DNA of 63,621 nt, filler included. It is 6 parts of 6 records of this genome, joined end to end, with 100 filler letters (N's around TTAATTAATTAA, not from the genome) between each part and the next. Parts side by side here need not be neighbours in the genome. Positions count along the whole stretch, not along the records: positions 1 to 11,930 come from DRR378314_1286; 5 more parts are not named here. One strand, 5' to 3'. Shown one piece after another: positions 1 through 10,374 of this stretch (positions are counted from its first letter, which is position 1; every line of letters begins with the position of its first letter). A program made the position numbers and the translations under genes. A model generated the notes under the pieces. That model was not told where the DNA came from and ran no database searches. It worked only from the letters and a program-made list of their open reading frames with translations.

Positions 1-47
1 GGACGGGCCCACCCGATCCCGGCGCGGGCTCTCTGGAGAGGTCGTAC

Positions 48-686
48 TCAGTCTGGCCGCTTGGTAACGGGGAACTCGCAGAGGTCGGCGATGAGGCACT
101 CGCCGCATTTGGGTTTGCGCGCCACGCAGGTGTAGCGCCCGTGCAGAATCAGCCAGTGGTGGCAGTCCCGCTTGAACTCTTCCGGCACGGTCCGCATCAG
201 CCGCTGCTCCACCTCCACCACGTTTTTTCCCGGCGCGATGCGCGTCCTGTTCGAGACCCGGAAGATGTGCGTGTCCACGGCGATGGTGGGCTCGCCGAAG
301 GCGGTGTTCAGCACCACGTTGGCGGTTTTGCGCCCGACACCGGGCAGTGCTTCCAGGGCGGCTCTGGAGCGCGGCACTTCGCCGTCGTGCTGCTCAATCA
401 GCTGGTCGCAGAGCTTGATGATGTTGGCGGCCTTGGAGTTAAACAGGCCGATGGTCTTGATGTAGGTTTTGAGGCCGTCCACGCCCAGGGCGCGGATGGC
501 GTGGGGCGTGTTGGCCACCGGGAAGAGTTTTGCGGTGGCTTTGTTGACGCCCACGTCGGTGGCCTGGGCGGACAGCACCACGGCCACCAGCAGCTCGAAC
601 GGCGTGGTGAAATAGAGCTCGGTGGTGGGGTGCGGTCGCTGTTCGCGCAACCGCCGGAAGATTTCGGTGCGTTTTTCGCGATTCAT
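48..686 (-). CDS. nth: Endonuclease III (DNA glycosylase/AP lyase)
   Basis: HhH motif LPGVGRKTA, AVDTH, and C-terminal 4Fe-4S motif C-x6-C-x2-C-x5-C; usual position downstream of the rsx operon. Confidence 0.97.
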   Translation of the reverse strand: MNREKRTEIFRRLREQRPHPTTELYFTTPFELLVAVVLSAQATDVGVNKATAKLFPVANTPHAIRALGVDGLKTYIKTIGLFNSKAANIIKLCDQLIEQHDGEVPRSRAALEALPGVGRKTANVVLNTAFGEPTIAVDTHIFRVSNRTRIAPGKNVVEVEQRLMRTVPEEFKRDCHHWLILHGRYTCVARKPKCGECLIADLCEFPVTKRPD

Positions 687-786
687 GGCGTCGGGTTCGC
701 TGGCGAAAAACGGACAGTATAACGAAGGGGGAACCGGGCGGCGACGCCACCCGGTGGGTGCTGGCGTGGTGCGCTTCCGGGGCGCC

Positions 787-1314
787 TTAGTCGGTCACCA
801 CCCGGCCGTTTTCCACCGGCAGGCGGTCGCCGGGTTCGTTTTCCATGCGCACGGTCTGGGTCTGGCCGTCGAAGCGGTAGGTGACGTTGTAGCCGACCTG
901 TTCGCTGCGGGTTTCCATAATGGTCTGGCAACGCTCTTCGGTGGTGGTGTAGGTGTTGCCTTCCTGGATGCGTTCCTGCGCCTTGTTGCCCGCGTAACCG
1001 CCGGCCACGGCGCCTGCGGCGGTGGCCACGTCCTTGCCGCTGCCGCCACCGAACTGGTGGCCGATAACACCGCCCACCACCGCGCCGATGGCGCTGCCGG
1101 CGATCTGGTGTTTGTCCTTGACCGGTTTCTGCCGCTGCACGGTGACTTGCTCGCAACGCTGGTTGGGTTCCTGCCAGGTTTTGGTGGCGGGCTCCACTTT
1201 GACCACTTCGGCGTAAGGGCCTTCGTCGTTGAGCGCCTGATAGCCGCCGTAACCGACACCGGCGACGGCCACGGTGCCTACCACGGCGAGTGCCACGGTT
1301 GCTGCTGTTTTCAT
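787..1314 (-). CDS. Glycine-zipper 2TM domain protein (YcfJ-like)
   Basis: GSAIGAVVGGVIGHQFGGGSGKDVATAAGAVAGGYAGN glycine zipper, N-terminal hydrophobic anchor, paired Cys; ATG at 1314 preceded by AAGGAG. Confidence 0.88.
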   Translation of the reverse strand: MKTAATVALAVVGTVAVAGVGYGGYQALNDEGPYAEVVKVEPATKTWQEPNQRCEQVTVQRQKPVKDKHQIAGSAIGAVVGGVIGHQFGGGSGKDVATAAGAVAGGYAGNKAQERIQEGNTYTTTEERCQTIMETRSEQVGYNVTYRFDGQTQTVRMENEPGDRLPVENGRVVTD

Positions 1315-1501
1315 AATGGCCTCCTTTCTGATTCTTGGCATGCGCCGATCACTGGCGCGCGCTTTAACGTAGTGGGCGCTATTTTTACCCGGGAAGCCCG
1401 GTGAACGTTGTATAACGCTGTTAAAAGCTCCGTGCTTTTGAACCAGATCACTGGGGCTACGACATTAGAACGGCAACCGTGTTGGCCCGATCACCCGCTT
1501 T

Positions 1502-2215
1502 TCAGCTCACCTTGCCGGTGGTGCGTACCCGCCGGCTGGCGGTGGGCTGGTCCGCTTGCCGGGCCTTGCGGGCGGCATTGAGGCGCCGGTCGATAACGTT
1601 CTTGCCGGCGATGATCAGCCCCAGGCCGATAAAGGCGCCCGGTGGCAGCACCGCGAACAGGAAGCCGGGGTAGTCCGGGAACACTTCCAGGCGCCAGCCG
1701 GAGGCGACGGGGCCTAGCAATAACTGCATGTTATCGAACAGCGTGCCCTGGCCGATCAGCTCGCGCATGCCGCCGAGGATCACCAGGATCACCAGGAAGC
1801 CGGCGCCCATCATGAAGCCGTCCAGCAGCGAGGGCAGCACCGGGTTCTTGCTGGCGAAGGCGTCGGCGCGGCCCAGCACGGTGCAGTTGGTGACGATCAG
1901 GGGAATGAAAATACCCAGGATTTCGTACAGCTCGAAGGTGAAGGCGCGCATCAGCATTTCGATCACCGTCACCAGAGCGGCGATGATCATCACGAAGGCG
2001 GGTAGCCGCACCGCGTCGGTGACATAGCCGCGGATCAGCGACACGGCGCCGTTGGAGCCCATCAGCACCACCAGCGTGGCCAGCCCCAGCCCCAGGGCGT
2101 TGACCACCGTACCGGTGACCGCCAGCAGCGGGCACAGGCCGAGTATCTGCACGGTGGCCGGGTTGTTGTTCCAGAGCCCGTCGAGGGTGATTTTCCGGTA
2201 GTCGGTCTCAGCCAC
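1502..2215 (-). CDS. rsxE: Rnf/Rsx electron transport complex subunit E
   Basis: GLCPLLAVT and FIPLIVTNC motifs, LPPGAF; operon order. Confidence 0.96.
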   Translation of the reverse strand: MAETDYRKITLDGLWNNNPATVQILGLCPLLAVTGTVVNALGLGLATLVVLMGSNGAVSLIRGYVTDAVRLPAFVMIIAALVTVIEMLMRAFTFELYEILGIFIPLIVTNCTVLGRADAFASKNPVLPSLLDGFMMGAGFLVILVILGGMRELIGQGTLFDNMQLLLGPVASGWRLEVFPDYPGFLFAVLPPGAFIGLGLIIAGKNVIDRRLNAARKARQADQPTASRRVRTTGKVS

Positions 2216-2867
2216 GGCAGGCCTCCCTCATGCTGTCTGGCGCGTCGTCGGTGGCCGGTGCCTGGAACACCTGCTCTTTGTGATCACGGAAATAAAGCAG
2301 GGCGCGGTGCACGGCGCCGACCACGGCGCGCGGGGTGATGGTGGCGCCGGTGAAGCTGTCGAAGCTGCCGCCGTCTTTCTTCACCGCCCAGCCGGCGTCG
2401 TCCGGGTTGGTCAGGGAGCGGCCGTTGAAGGTGGTGATCCAGTCGGATTTGCGCCGTTCTATTTTGTCGCCCAGGCCCGGGGTTTCGTTGTGCGGCGGCA
2501 CCGCCCGCACGCCCAGCACGCGGCCGTCGGTGTCCACACCCACGATCAGATCAATGGCGCCGCCATAGCCGTCGGGGGCGGTGGCTTCGATGACCGCGCC
2601 GGACGGCGCGCCGTCGCGGCGGGCCCGGTAGATATGCTGCGCGCCGTTGCCGAGCAGCGGGTCACGCACTTCAATGCGGTCCGTGATCAGCACATTGTCG
2701 TGACGGTCGTCGGGCATCACCTGGGCCAGAGACGCGATCAGGGCGTTCTGGCGGTTGCACTCCACCCGCGGCAGGGTGGCCTGGTTGGTCAGCGCCAGCG
2801 CGGCGGCGGTGCCGATGGCGAACAGCCCCAGGATCACGGCGTTGCGGGTTATCGCCTGGCGGATCAT
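2208..2867 (-). CDS. rsxG: Rnf/Rsx subunit G (FMN-binding)
   Basis: [15 protein letters not shown], flavinylation motif TGATIT. Confidence 0.96.
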   Translation of the reverse strand: MIRQAITRNAVILGLFAIGTAAALALTNQATLPRVECNRQNALIASLAQVMPDDRHDNVLITDRIEVRDPLLGNGAQHIYRARRDGAPSGAVIEATAPDGYGGAIDLIVGVDTDGRVLGVRAVPPHNETPGLGDKIERRKSDWITTFNGRSLTNPDDAGWAVKKDGGSFDSFTGATITPRAVVGAVHRALLYFRDHKEQVFQAPATDDAPDSMREACRG

Positions 2868-3883
2868 GGGTTGGCCCCCTTGTTCGCCTTGCGGTGCCCG
2901 TAGGCGCGCGGCTGGGTGTAGTAATCAATAAACGGCGCCGACAGATTGAGCAGCAGCACCGCGAACGCCACCGCGTCCGGGTAGCCGCCGAAGGTGCGGA
3001 TCACCCAGATCAGCAGGCCGATCAGCAGCGCGTAGATAAACCGGCCCAGGCGGCTGGTGGCGGCGCTCACCGGGTCGGTGGCGATGAAGAACGCGCCCAG
3101 CATGGCGCCGCCGGAAAACAGGTGGAACAGCGGGCCTGCAAAGCGCGCCGCGTCCACCTGGTGGGCGATCAGCGCCGGCAGCGCCAGGCCGGCCAGGAAC
3201 GCCACCGGGATCTGCCAGGTGATGATACGGCGCGCCAGCAGGTAGAGGCCGCCGAGCAGGAACGCCAGATTAACGGTCTCCCAGCCGGGGCCCGCCAGCT
3301 GCCCGGCGAGAATGTCGCGGCCGGCCAGCGCCTCGGCGTCGCCGGCCCAGGTGCGGAAAGTGTCCAGCGGCGTGGCGCCGGTGAAGGCGTCCGCCGGCGC
3401 CTGGCCGAGGAACAGGGCGAGGCTGTCCGCCGGGGCGGGCGCCTCGCCGGGCGCGATCCACTGGGTCATCGCCACCGGGAAAGAGATCAGCAACAGCACA
3501 TAGCCGATCATCGCCGGGTTGAACGGGTTCATGCCCAGACCGCCATAGAGCTGCTTGGCCACCACGATGGCGAAGCCGACGCCGATCAGGGTCAGCCACC
3601 AGGGCGCGGTGGGCGGCAGCGCCAGGCCCAGCAGCACGGCGGTGACCACCGCGCTCCAGTCCTTCAGATAAAACGCCACCGGCTTGCCCCGGGCGCGCAG
3701 GAACAGGGCCTCGCAGACCACCGCCACCAGCACCGCCCAGAGCACGTTGAGCAGGCTGCCCAGGCCGAACTGCCAGACCAGCGCCGCCAGGCCGGGCAGG
3801 GTGGCATAGACCACCTGGCGCATGACGGCGCCGGTGTCGGTGTGCCGGCTGGTGTGCGGGGAAGGGGCGTTGATCAGGCTCAT
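2864..3883 (-). CDS. rsxD: Rnf/Rsx subunit D
   Basis: KQLYGGLGMNPFNPAM, TGATPL FMN site, FIATDPVS. Confidence 0.96.
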   Translation of the reverse strand: MSLINAPSPHTSRHTDTGAVMRQVVYATLPGLAALVWQFGLGSLLNVLWAVLVAVVCEALFLRARGKPVAFYLKDWSAVVTAVLLGLALPPTAPWWLTLIGVGFAIVVAKQLYGGLGMNPFNPAMIGYVLLLISFPVAMTQWIAPGEAPAPADSLALFLGQAPADAFTGATPLDTFRTWAGDAEALAGRDILAGQLAGPGWETVNLAFLLGGLYLLARRIITWQIPVAFLAGLALPALIAHQVDAARFAGPLFHLFSGGAMLGAFFIATDPVSAATSRLGRFIYALLIGLLIWVIRTFGGYPDAVAFAVLLLNLSAPFIDYYTQPRAYGHRKANKGANP

Positions 3884-6372
3884 TCTTCCACCAGCCCCTG
3901 TTCTTCCACGGCGGTTTTCAGCGCCAGGCGGGTCAGTTGCGCGTGTTCTTGCAAAGCGTCCAATTCCGAATTCAGGGTTTCCAGGGTGTCCGCGTCGGAG
4001 GTGTCGCGGCGCCGCTCCAGCTCGTCGGCCTTGTCGCGCAGGGCGCTTTCCGCCCGGGCCGCGTCCAGCTTCAGGGTTTTCAGGTCCTTGCCGGTGTGGG
4101 CGAGGATATCCGCCTTGGCCTGCTCCACCAGCGCGTCCAGGGCGTCGCGGCAGTGGTCCGCCTTGGCTTTCAGTTTCTCCACCTTGGCGTGCATGGCGGC
4201 GAGGGCCTCATCGCTCTCCTGGCCGGCGCGCTCGGCCCGTTCCACCGCGGCGTGGGCTTCCTTGTACTGTTTGTGCGCCATGTTGTAGGCGGTTTTCAGG
4301 GCTTTCAGGCGCTTCTGGCGCTTGGCGGCGGCCTGGTCATCCCCAGCGGCCTTGGGCGCGGCCCCGGCGGCGGCCGGTTTCTCCGCCGCGGTGTCCTTGT
4401 CCTGCGTCGACGGCGCCGGCGCGGCGGGGGCGGCCGCCGGCCCCTGGGCCGCCTTGGCGTCGCGCAACTCGGCCTTCAGGCGGTCCGCCTCCGCTTTCAG
4501 CTGGTCGGCCCGGGCGCGCAATTCGGCGGCGTCGTCCGCTTCCTCGGCTTCGGCGGTCTTGGCGGCTTTCACCGCCGCCTTGTAGGCGCTGGAGGCCTCG
4601 CCCACTGCTTTCTTCAGGTCCGCCAGGGCGGTGGATTCGGCGGGCGCCGCCGTCGGCGCCGGGGCCGCGGCCTTGGCGTCGCGCAGGGCCGCCTTGGCCC
4701 GGTCCGCTTCCGCCTTGAGGCTGTCCGCCCGGGCGCGCAGCTCGGCGGCGTTGTCCGCTTCCTGGGCTTCGGCGGTCTTGGCCGCTTTCACCGCCGCTTT
4801 GTAGGCGCTGGACGCCTGGCCCACTTCCTTCTTCAGCGCCGCCAGCTTTTCGTCGCCGGCGCCGCTGTCGGTCGCCGCTTCCTGCTTCTTGCGGTTGGCC
4901 TCCAGACGGGCGCGGCGGCGGGCTTCCTTCTCCGCCTGTTCCCGTTCCAGCCGGGCCTGGCGGGCCTCGAAACGCTCCCGGGCGCGGTCCGCCTTGATCT
5001 GCTCGGCGGTCTGGGTGCGGATTTCCCCCTTGGCGTAGCGGTAGTACTGCACCAGCGGAATATGGCTGGGGCACACATAGGCGCAGGCGCCGCACTCGAT
5101 GCAGTCCATCAGGTTGTGGTGCTGGGCGCGCTCGAAGTCGTCGGTCTTGGCGTACCAGTAGAGCTGTTGCGGCAGCAGGTTGGCCGGGCACACCTCGGCG
5201 CAGGCGCCGCAGCGGATGCACGCCTGCTCCGGCGGCGGTTCCGGCAGCTCCTCGGCGCTGGCGGCGATCACGCAGTTGCTGGTCTTGACCACCGGCACCG
5301 ACGGATCGTGCAGCGTAAAGCCCATCATCGGGCCGCCCATGACCAGACGGCCGAGCCGCTCCTTGTCGACGCCGGCGTGGTGCAGCAGGTCGGCCACCGG
5401 GGTGCCCAGCCACACTTCGTAGTTGCCGGGGCGTGCCACGGCATCGCCGGTGACGGTGGTGATGCGTGACAGCAGCGGCTCGCCGTCGTGCACCGCGCGT
5501 TTCACCGCCCAGGCGGTGCCCACGTTCTGGCACACCACGCCGCACTGGGCGGGGATGCTGCCGCTGGGCACCTCCTTGCCGGTGAGCAGCTGGATCAGCT
5601 GTTTTTCGCCGCCGGAAGGGTACTTGGTGGGCACCACGCGGATTTCCACGTCGCTGTCCGCGCAGGCGGCGCGTAGGGCGTCGATGGCTTCGGGCTTGTT
5701 GTCCTCGATGCCGATCAGGGTGTCGTGGGGATTGAGCAGGTACTGCAGAATCTGAATGCCGAGCACGATCTCGTCCGCCCGTTCGCGCATCAGGCGGTCG
5801 TCGGCGGTGATGTAGGGCTCGCACTCCACCGCGTTGATGATCAGTTGCTCCACACGCTGATGGTCGCCCAGGTTCACCTTGACGCTGGTGGGGAAGCCGG
5901 CGCCGCCCAGGCCCGCCACACCGGCGTCGCGCAGCAGGGCGATCAGTTTGCCCGGCCCCAGCCGGGTGTGGTCGGCCACCGGCCGGCGCTCCGCCCAGCG
6001 GTCCTCGCCGTCCGGCTCCAGCACGATGCAGAGCGCGTCCATGCCGGAGGGGTGCTGAATCGGGCGCGGCCCCAGGGCCACCACGGTGCCGGAGGTGGGC
6101 GCGTGCAGGGCGGCGCTGACGGCGCCGGCGGGCTCGGCCAGCATCTGTCCCTTCAATACCCGGTCGCCCACCGCCACGATGGGCCGGGCCGGGGCGCCCA
6201 GATGCATATTCAGCGGCAGCACCAGCTGCGCCGGCCTTGGCCCCGGCGCGATCGGCGCCCGGTTGGACACGGTTTTGTGTTCGGCGGGGTGCACGCCGCC
6301 GGGGAAATCATAGGTCGGCGCGCGCCGCGCACCGGGTAGCAGACGCTGGAACAGGGACAGGTTCGCTCTCAC
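3880..6372 (-). CDS. rsxC: Rnf/Rsx subunit C with long Ala/Lys-rich repeated C-terminal extension
   Basis: [19 protein letters not shown], two CxxCxxCxxxCP ferredoxin motifs. Confidence 0.96.
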   Translation of the reverse strand: MRANLSLFQRLLPGARRAPTYDFPGGVHPAEHKTVSNRAPIAPGPRPAQLVLPLNMHLGAPARPIVAVGDRVLKGQMLAEPAGAVSAALHAPTSGTVVALGPRPIQHPSGMDALCIVLEPDGEDRWAERRPVADHTRLGPGKLIALLRDAGVAGLGGAGFPTSVKVNLGDHQRVEQLIINAVECEPYITADDRLMRERADEIVLGIQILQYLLNPHDTLIGIEDNKPEAIDALRAACADSDVEIRVVPTKYPSGGEKQLIQLLTGKEVPSGSIPAQCGVVCQNVGTAWAVKRAVHDGEPLLSRITTVTGDAVARPGNYEVWLGTPVADLLHHAGVDKERLGRLVMGGPMMGFTLHDPSVPVVKTSNCVIAASAEELPEPPPEQACIRCGACAEVCPANLLPQQLYWYAKTDDFERAQHHNLMDCIECGACAYVCPSHIPLVQYYRYAKGEIRTQTAEQIKADRARERFEARQARLEREQAEKEARRRARLEANRKKQEAATDSGAGDEKLAALKKEVGQASSAYKAAVKAAKTAEAQEADNAAELRARADSLKAEADRAKAALRDAKAAAPAPTAAPAESTALADLKKAVGEASSAYKAAVKAAKTAEAEEADDAAELRARADQLKAEADRLKAELRDAKAAQGPAAAPAAPAPSTQDKDTAAEKPAAAGAAPKAAGDDQAAAKRQKRLKALKTAYNMAHKQYKEAHAAVERAERAGQESDEALAAMHAKVEKLKAKADHCRDALDALVEQAKADILAHTGKDLKTLKLDAARAESALRDKADELERRRDTSDADTLETLNSELDALQEHAQLTRLALKTAVEEQGLVEE
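4450..4845 (-). repeat. Two near-identical ~60-aa helical repeats (219-bp period) in the rsxC tail
   Basis: [49 protein letters not shown] vs [59 protein letters not shown] recurs at 4582 and 4801. Confidence 0.9.
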
Positions 6373-6953
6373 AGGTTCACCACCTCAATGCGCTGTTCCG
6401 GGCGGCGGCCGATGCCGGCGGGCCGGTCCCAGGTCCAGGTGGCCAGGGTCACCGGGCGCTCGATCATGTCGATGCAGTCCACCGGACAGGGGTCCACGCA
6501 CAGGTCGCAGCCGGTGCACTCGTCGGCGATCACCGTGTGCATCTGCTTGGCGGCGCCGACGATGGCGTCCACCGGGCAGGCCTGAATGCACTTGGTGCAG
6601 CCGATGCATTCGTCCTCGCGGATGTAGGCCACGCGCTCCACGCTGGCGTCCTCGGCGCCCTCGTTATCCAGCGGCAGCACCTCGCGGCCGAGCAGGTCGG
6701 CGAGCGCTTCCACGGTGGTTTCGCCGCCGGGCGGGCAGCGGTTGTGCTCTTCGCCCTCGGCGATGGCCTCGGCGTAGGGGCGGCAGCCGGGGTGGCCGCA
6801 CTGGCCGCACTGGGTTTGCGGCAGCAGGGCGTCGATCTGCTCGACGATGGGGTCGCCTTCCACTTTGAATTTCTCGGAGGCGTAGCCGAGCACGGCGCCG
6901 AACAGCGCCGCCAGCCCGAGCAGGGCGGCGATGGCGATCAGTACCGTGGTCAT
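6369..6953 (-). CDS. rsxB: Rnf/Rsx subunit B (ferredoxin)
   Basis: [46 protein letters not shown]. Confidence 0.97.
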   Translation of the reverse strand: MTTVLIAIAALLGLAALFGAVLGYASEKFKVEGDPIVEQIDALLPQTQCGQCGHPGCRPYAEAIAEGEEHNRCPPGGETTVEALADLLGREVLPLDNEGAEDASVERVAYIREDECIGCTKCIQACPVDAIVGAAKQMHTVIADECTGCDLCVDPCPVDCIDMIERPVTLATWTWDRPAGIGRRPEQRIEVVNL

Positions 6954-7534
6954 AACTTGATCAGCCCGGAAAAGCCCATGAACGCCAGAGACATCAGCCC
7001 GGCGGTGATCAGACCGATACTGGGGCCGCGAAAGGCCTCGGGCACATCGGCCACGGCGATCCGCTCACGCATGGCGGCGAACAGAATCAGTACCAGCGAA
7101 AAACCCAGGGCGGCACCCAGGCCGTAGGTCAGGGAACTCATAAAGGTGGCGTCGCTCTGACGCACATTGAGCAGCGCCACGCCCAGCACCGCGCAGTTGG
7201 AGGTGATCAGCGGCAGGAACACGCCCAGCACCCGGTACAGCAGCGGGCTGGCTTTCTTGACGAACATCTCGGTGAACTGCACCGCCACCGCGATCACCAG
7301 AATAAAGCTGATGGTGCGCAGGTATTCCAGCTCGAACGGCACCAGGATATAGGCCCAGGTGAGGTAGGCGAGCACCGACGACAGGGTCAGCACGAAGGTG
7401 GTCGCCAGCGACATGCCCATGGCGGTCTCCACCTTATTGGAGACGCCCATGAACGGGCACAGGCCGAGGAACTGCACCAGAACGAAGTTGTTCACCAGCA
7501 CTGCGCTGATCAGGATGAGGAGGTATTCAGTCAT
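6950..7534 (-). CDS. rsxA: Rnf/Rsx subunit A
   Basis: [31 protein letters not shown]. Confidence 0.97.
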   Translation of the reverse strand: MTEYLLILISAVLVNNFVLVQFLGLCPFMGVSNKVETAMGMSLATTFVLTLSSVLAYLTWAYILVPFELEYLRTISFILVIAVAVQFTEMFVKKASPLLYRVLGVFLPLITSNCAVLGVALLNVRQSDATFMSSLTYGLGAALGFSLVLILFAAMRERIAVADVPEAFRGPSIGLITAGLMSLAFMGFSGLIKL

Positions 7535-7764
7535 CAATTAGGGTCGGTTCGAGCTTGGGAACGGCGAGTTTAGCAAAATTTTCCGTTTCCGAGGTGTCCC
7601 GCTGGACCCCGCGTCATGACTCGGCTGCACAGCCGTGACCCGGGGGTCGGAGGAGGCCGTCCGGTGAAGCCTGGGGAACCGGGGGTGACGTCGCGTTGCC
7701 TGATCCGGTAGCGTGACCCGTTCACGAATTGACACCATGTGCATACAACGTCTGGGAGATCTCT

Positions 7765-8226
7765 ATGACGAGCTTAAAGCAAATGAGCCTGATGGTCCTG
7801 TTGGCCCTCGGTCTCAGTGCCACCGCCACCGCTCAGCAAGCGGCCCCCGGCCAGCAGCAGGGCGATCAGGTGGACCAGCTGGATCGAATGGTCGATCTGA
7901 ACGACGACCAGAAGCAGGAACTGCGGGAAATGATCAAGGATTCCGAAGGCAAGATCACCGAGATGCGTAAGGAAGCGCAGCAGCTGCAACAGGCTCTGAG
8001 CGACCAGATCGGTCCGGACTATGACGAAGGCGAAATCCGCGATAACGCGGAAGAGCTGGGCGAGCTGACCGGCGATGTGACCGCCGAGAGCGTGCTTCTG
8101 CAGGCCCGTATCCAGGACACGCTTACCGAAGAGCAGCGTGCCACCCTGGAAAAGCGTGCTCAGCAGCAGCGTGAGCAGATGCGCAAGATGCAGGAACAGA
8201 TGCGTCAGCAGCAGGGCGGTCAGTAA
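7765..8226 (+). CDS. Spy/CpxP-family periplasmic chaperone-like protein
   Basis: Signal peptide ending ATA-Q, LNDDQ and LTEEQ (LTxxQ) motifs, Gln/Met-rich helical tail; GGAGA RBS. Confidence 0.82.
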   Translation: MTSLKQMSLMVLLALGLSATATAQQAAPGQQQGDQVDQLDRMVDLNDDQKQELREMIKDSEGKITEMRKEAQQLQQALSDQIGPDYDEGEIRDNAEELGELTGDVTAESVLLQARIQDTLTEEQRATLEKRAQQQREQMRKMQEQMRQQQGGQ

Positions 8227-8268
8227 ACCCCCTGTCCGTTCGGCGCCCCGCGCGGGCGCCACGGAACC

Positions 8269-8300
8269 AAAAACCGCGGCCTGTTGGTCGCGGTTTTTTT
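8269..8300. terminator. Bidirectional rho-independent terminator
   Basis: AAAAACCGCGGCC-TGTT-GGTCGCGGTTTTTTT hairpin with A/T tails between convergent genes. Confidence 0.85.
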
Positions 8301-8341
8301 ATTTCACCATGACTCCATAATATCCAGGATGTGAAACGCGC

Positions 8342-9364
8342 TCACGTTCCGGACAACTTGCGGTACTCCCCGGGCGCCTGCCCGAACCACCGCCGGAACG
8401 CACGGGTGAAACTGGCCGTGTCGCCGTAGCCGAGCTGCGGCGCGATCTCGTCGAGCTTCATCTGGGTGTCTTGCAGCAACTGCACGGCCAGTTGCCGGCG
8501 CTCCGTTTCGACGATGTCGCGGAAGCTGGTGCCTTCTTCTTCAAGCCTGCGCCGCAGGCTGCGCGGCGCCATGGCGATGTGCTGCGCGACTTCTTCGATT
8601 GACGCGGCCAGGTCCAGCGGCCCCAGGATGAGCTGGCGGACCTGACCGGCCACGCCGCCGACCTGGCGCCGCTTGAGCTGGGCGCGACACTGGTCCTCCA
8701 ACAGGCGCACCAGGTGGGCGTCGTACATTGGCAATGGGATCTCGACATCCTCCCGCCGCAGCACAATGGCGTTGCGAGCGCTGCCATAGCGTGGCGCAAT
8801 ACCGCACAAGGCCTCGATGCGCGCGACGTGCGCCGGTGCCGGCGCCGGCCCTTCATACTCCAGACCACGCTCGCGAATACCGGACAGGCTGAGTTCCGTG
8901 AGTAGATTGACCGTGGTACCGGTATCACGCTCCAGCAGAAACTGGCGCAGGTGCTGCGGAATGGCGCCGGGATCGGCGCAAAAAGCGAGCTCGCGTTCGT
9001 CGATCTCCGACCAGAAGCGACAGTAAGCCGTGCTCAACGGCAGGTAGCGCAGAGATCGCTCGATCCCCTCGCGCAGCGTGCGACTGGTGCGCAGCGCGAA
9101 TCCCCAGGTGCCGAACGTGGCGACGTTGTATTGCATGCCCAGTTCGAAGCCCAGCGCCGGCGCCTGCGGCAGCGCCAGGATCAGGTTCTCGATCAGGCGC
9201 ATTTCCTGCTCGCGCGAGATCAGCACATCCGCGTCGCGCAGCTTTGCCTCGGTGATGTCGGTACCCAGCAGACAGGTCTCGGCGTCGACGTCGTAACGCG
9301 CCGCGAAGTTGACCATCACCTGGGCAATGGCGATCGGATGTAGAACACTCGTCTGCGCTGACAT
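8342..9364 (-). CDS. AraC-family regulator (OruR-like N-terminal domain); alternative start at 9394
   Basis: C-terminal HTH APRSLRRRLEEEGTSF...LGYGDTASFTRAFRRWFG. Confidence 0.92.
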   Translation of the reverse strand: MSAQTSVLHPIAIAQVMVNFAARYDVDAETCLLGTDITEAKLRDADVLISREQEMRLIENLILALPQAPALGFELGMQYNVATFGTWGFALRTSRTLREGIERSLRYLPLSTAYCRFWSEIDERELAFCADPGAIPQHLRQFLLERDTGTTVNLLTELSLSGIRERGLEYEGPAPAPAHVARIEALCGIAPRYGSARNAIVLRREDVEIPLPMYDAHLVRLLEDQCRAQLKRRQVGGVAGQVRQLILGPLDLAASIEEVAQHIAMAPRSLRRRLEEEGTSFRDIVETERRQLAVQLLQDTQMKLDEIAPQLGYGDTASFTRAFRRWFGQAPGEYRKLSGT

Positions 9365-9492
9365 GCCCTTTACGGAGATACGCTTCTCCTCCATCTGGCC
9401 GGATATGCCCTGCCGAAGGCCGGCAATGCGCTGTTGCCCATCGCCGGCGGCCTCTAGCTTGGAGGCTCGTCAACGTGAACTCGGAGTGACCC

Positions 9493-10374
9493 ATGGAGCA
9501 GGACCTGAGTGTGCTGAACAAGCAGGCAATTGCCATCTCGAAGAAGTATACAGGGGGACTAGCGTGGCCAACAGTTCTCCTGGTGGCGCTCGTGCTGATT
9601 GCCTTTGTCGCCAACCTCTGGCTGTTCGCGGCCGGCCAGGTTCCGCTTTGGGCAGCGGCGCTGATCTATGCCGCACTGACGTATATGTCGTACACGCCGC
9701 TGCACGAGGCCGCCCACGGCAATATCCACGGCAGCCACAAGCGGTTGCAATGGCTCAACGATCTCTGTGGTTACCTCGTCGCGCCGCTGATCATGGTTCC
9801 CTACTCCACGCATAAGGTGGAGCACTTCACCCACCATCGTTATACCAACCAGCCGGACAAGGACCCGGACTTCATCGTCAGCGGTATGCGTCACGGCTTT
9901 CTGGCCTTCATCGTCTACGGCTTCAAGTTTTTGTGGACGCAGAACACCTTCCTGTTCCGCGACCACTGGGCGACGATGCCGCGGCGCGAGCGTGCCATCT
10001 ACTTCGCCGAAGTGGCGCTGGCGATCGGTTGGCGCCTGGCTTTCCTGGCGCTTTTCCCGACCGTGTCGACCCTCGTGTTACTGATCGCAGGCTTTCTGCC
10101 CGGCGGCTTATTCACCGCCTATTGGTTCGCCTACCGCCCGCACCTGCCGTACGAAGAGCCGGCGCGTTATCGAAACACCAACAGCCTGATCATGCCCGTC
10201 TGGATGAAACCCCTCGAGTGGTTCTGGCTCGGCCAGAACCTGCACTCGATCCACCACGCGTTTCCCCGCGTGCCGTTCTATCACTACCACGCGCTGTTCC
10301 GCGAAATCGAGCCGGTCATGCGCGCGCATGGCGCGCCGGTGATCGGCATCTTTAATCGCAGGCCGGCGCCTTAG
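9493..10374 (+). CDS. Membrane fatty-acid desaturase/hydroxylase family protein
   Basis: Three His boxes HEAAH, HFTHH and HSIHH plus several TM segments. Confidence 0.9.
   Translation: MEQDLSVLNKQAIAISKKYTGGLAWPTVLLVALVLIAFVANLWLFAAGQVPLWAAALIYAALTYMSYTPLHEAAHGNIHGSHKRLQWLNDLCGYLVAPLIMVPYSTHKVEHFTHHRYTNQPDKDPDFIVSGMRHGFLAFIVYGFKFLWTQNTFLFRDHWATMPRRERAIYFAEVALAIGWRLAFLALFPTVSTLVLLIAGFLPGGLFTAYWFAYRPHLPYEEPARYRNTNSLIMPVWMKPLEWFWLGQNLHSIHHAFPRVPFYHYHALFREIEPVMRAHGAPVIGIFNRRPAP

Noticed and set aside
1405-1413. ATACAACGT shared upstream of the glycine-zipper gene (minus strand) and the spy gene (7743-7751)
   Set aside because: A single 9-mer at very different distances from the start codons; compatible with chance
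2894-5824. Long alternative-frame ORFs over rsxD/rsxC (also over LysR, GNAT-nitrilase, cobB and DAHP synthase)
   Set aside because: Shadow ORFs typical of high-GC coding DNA, with no recognisable motifs
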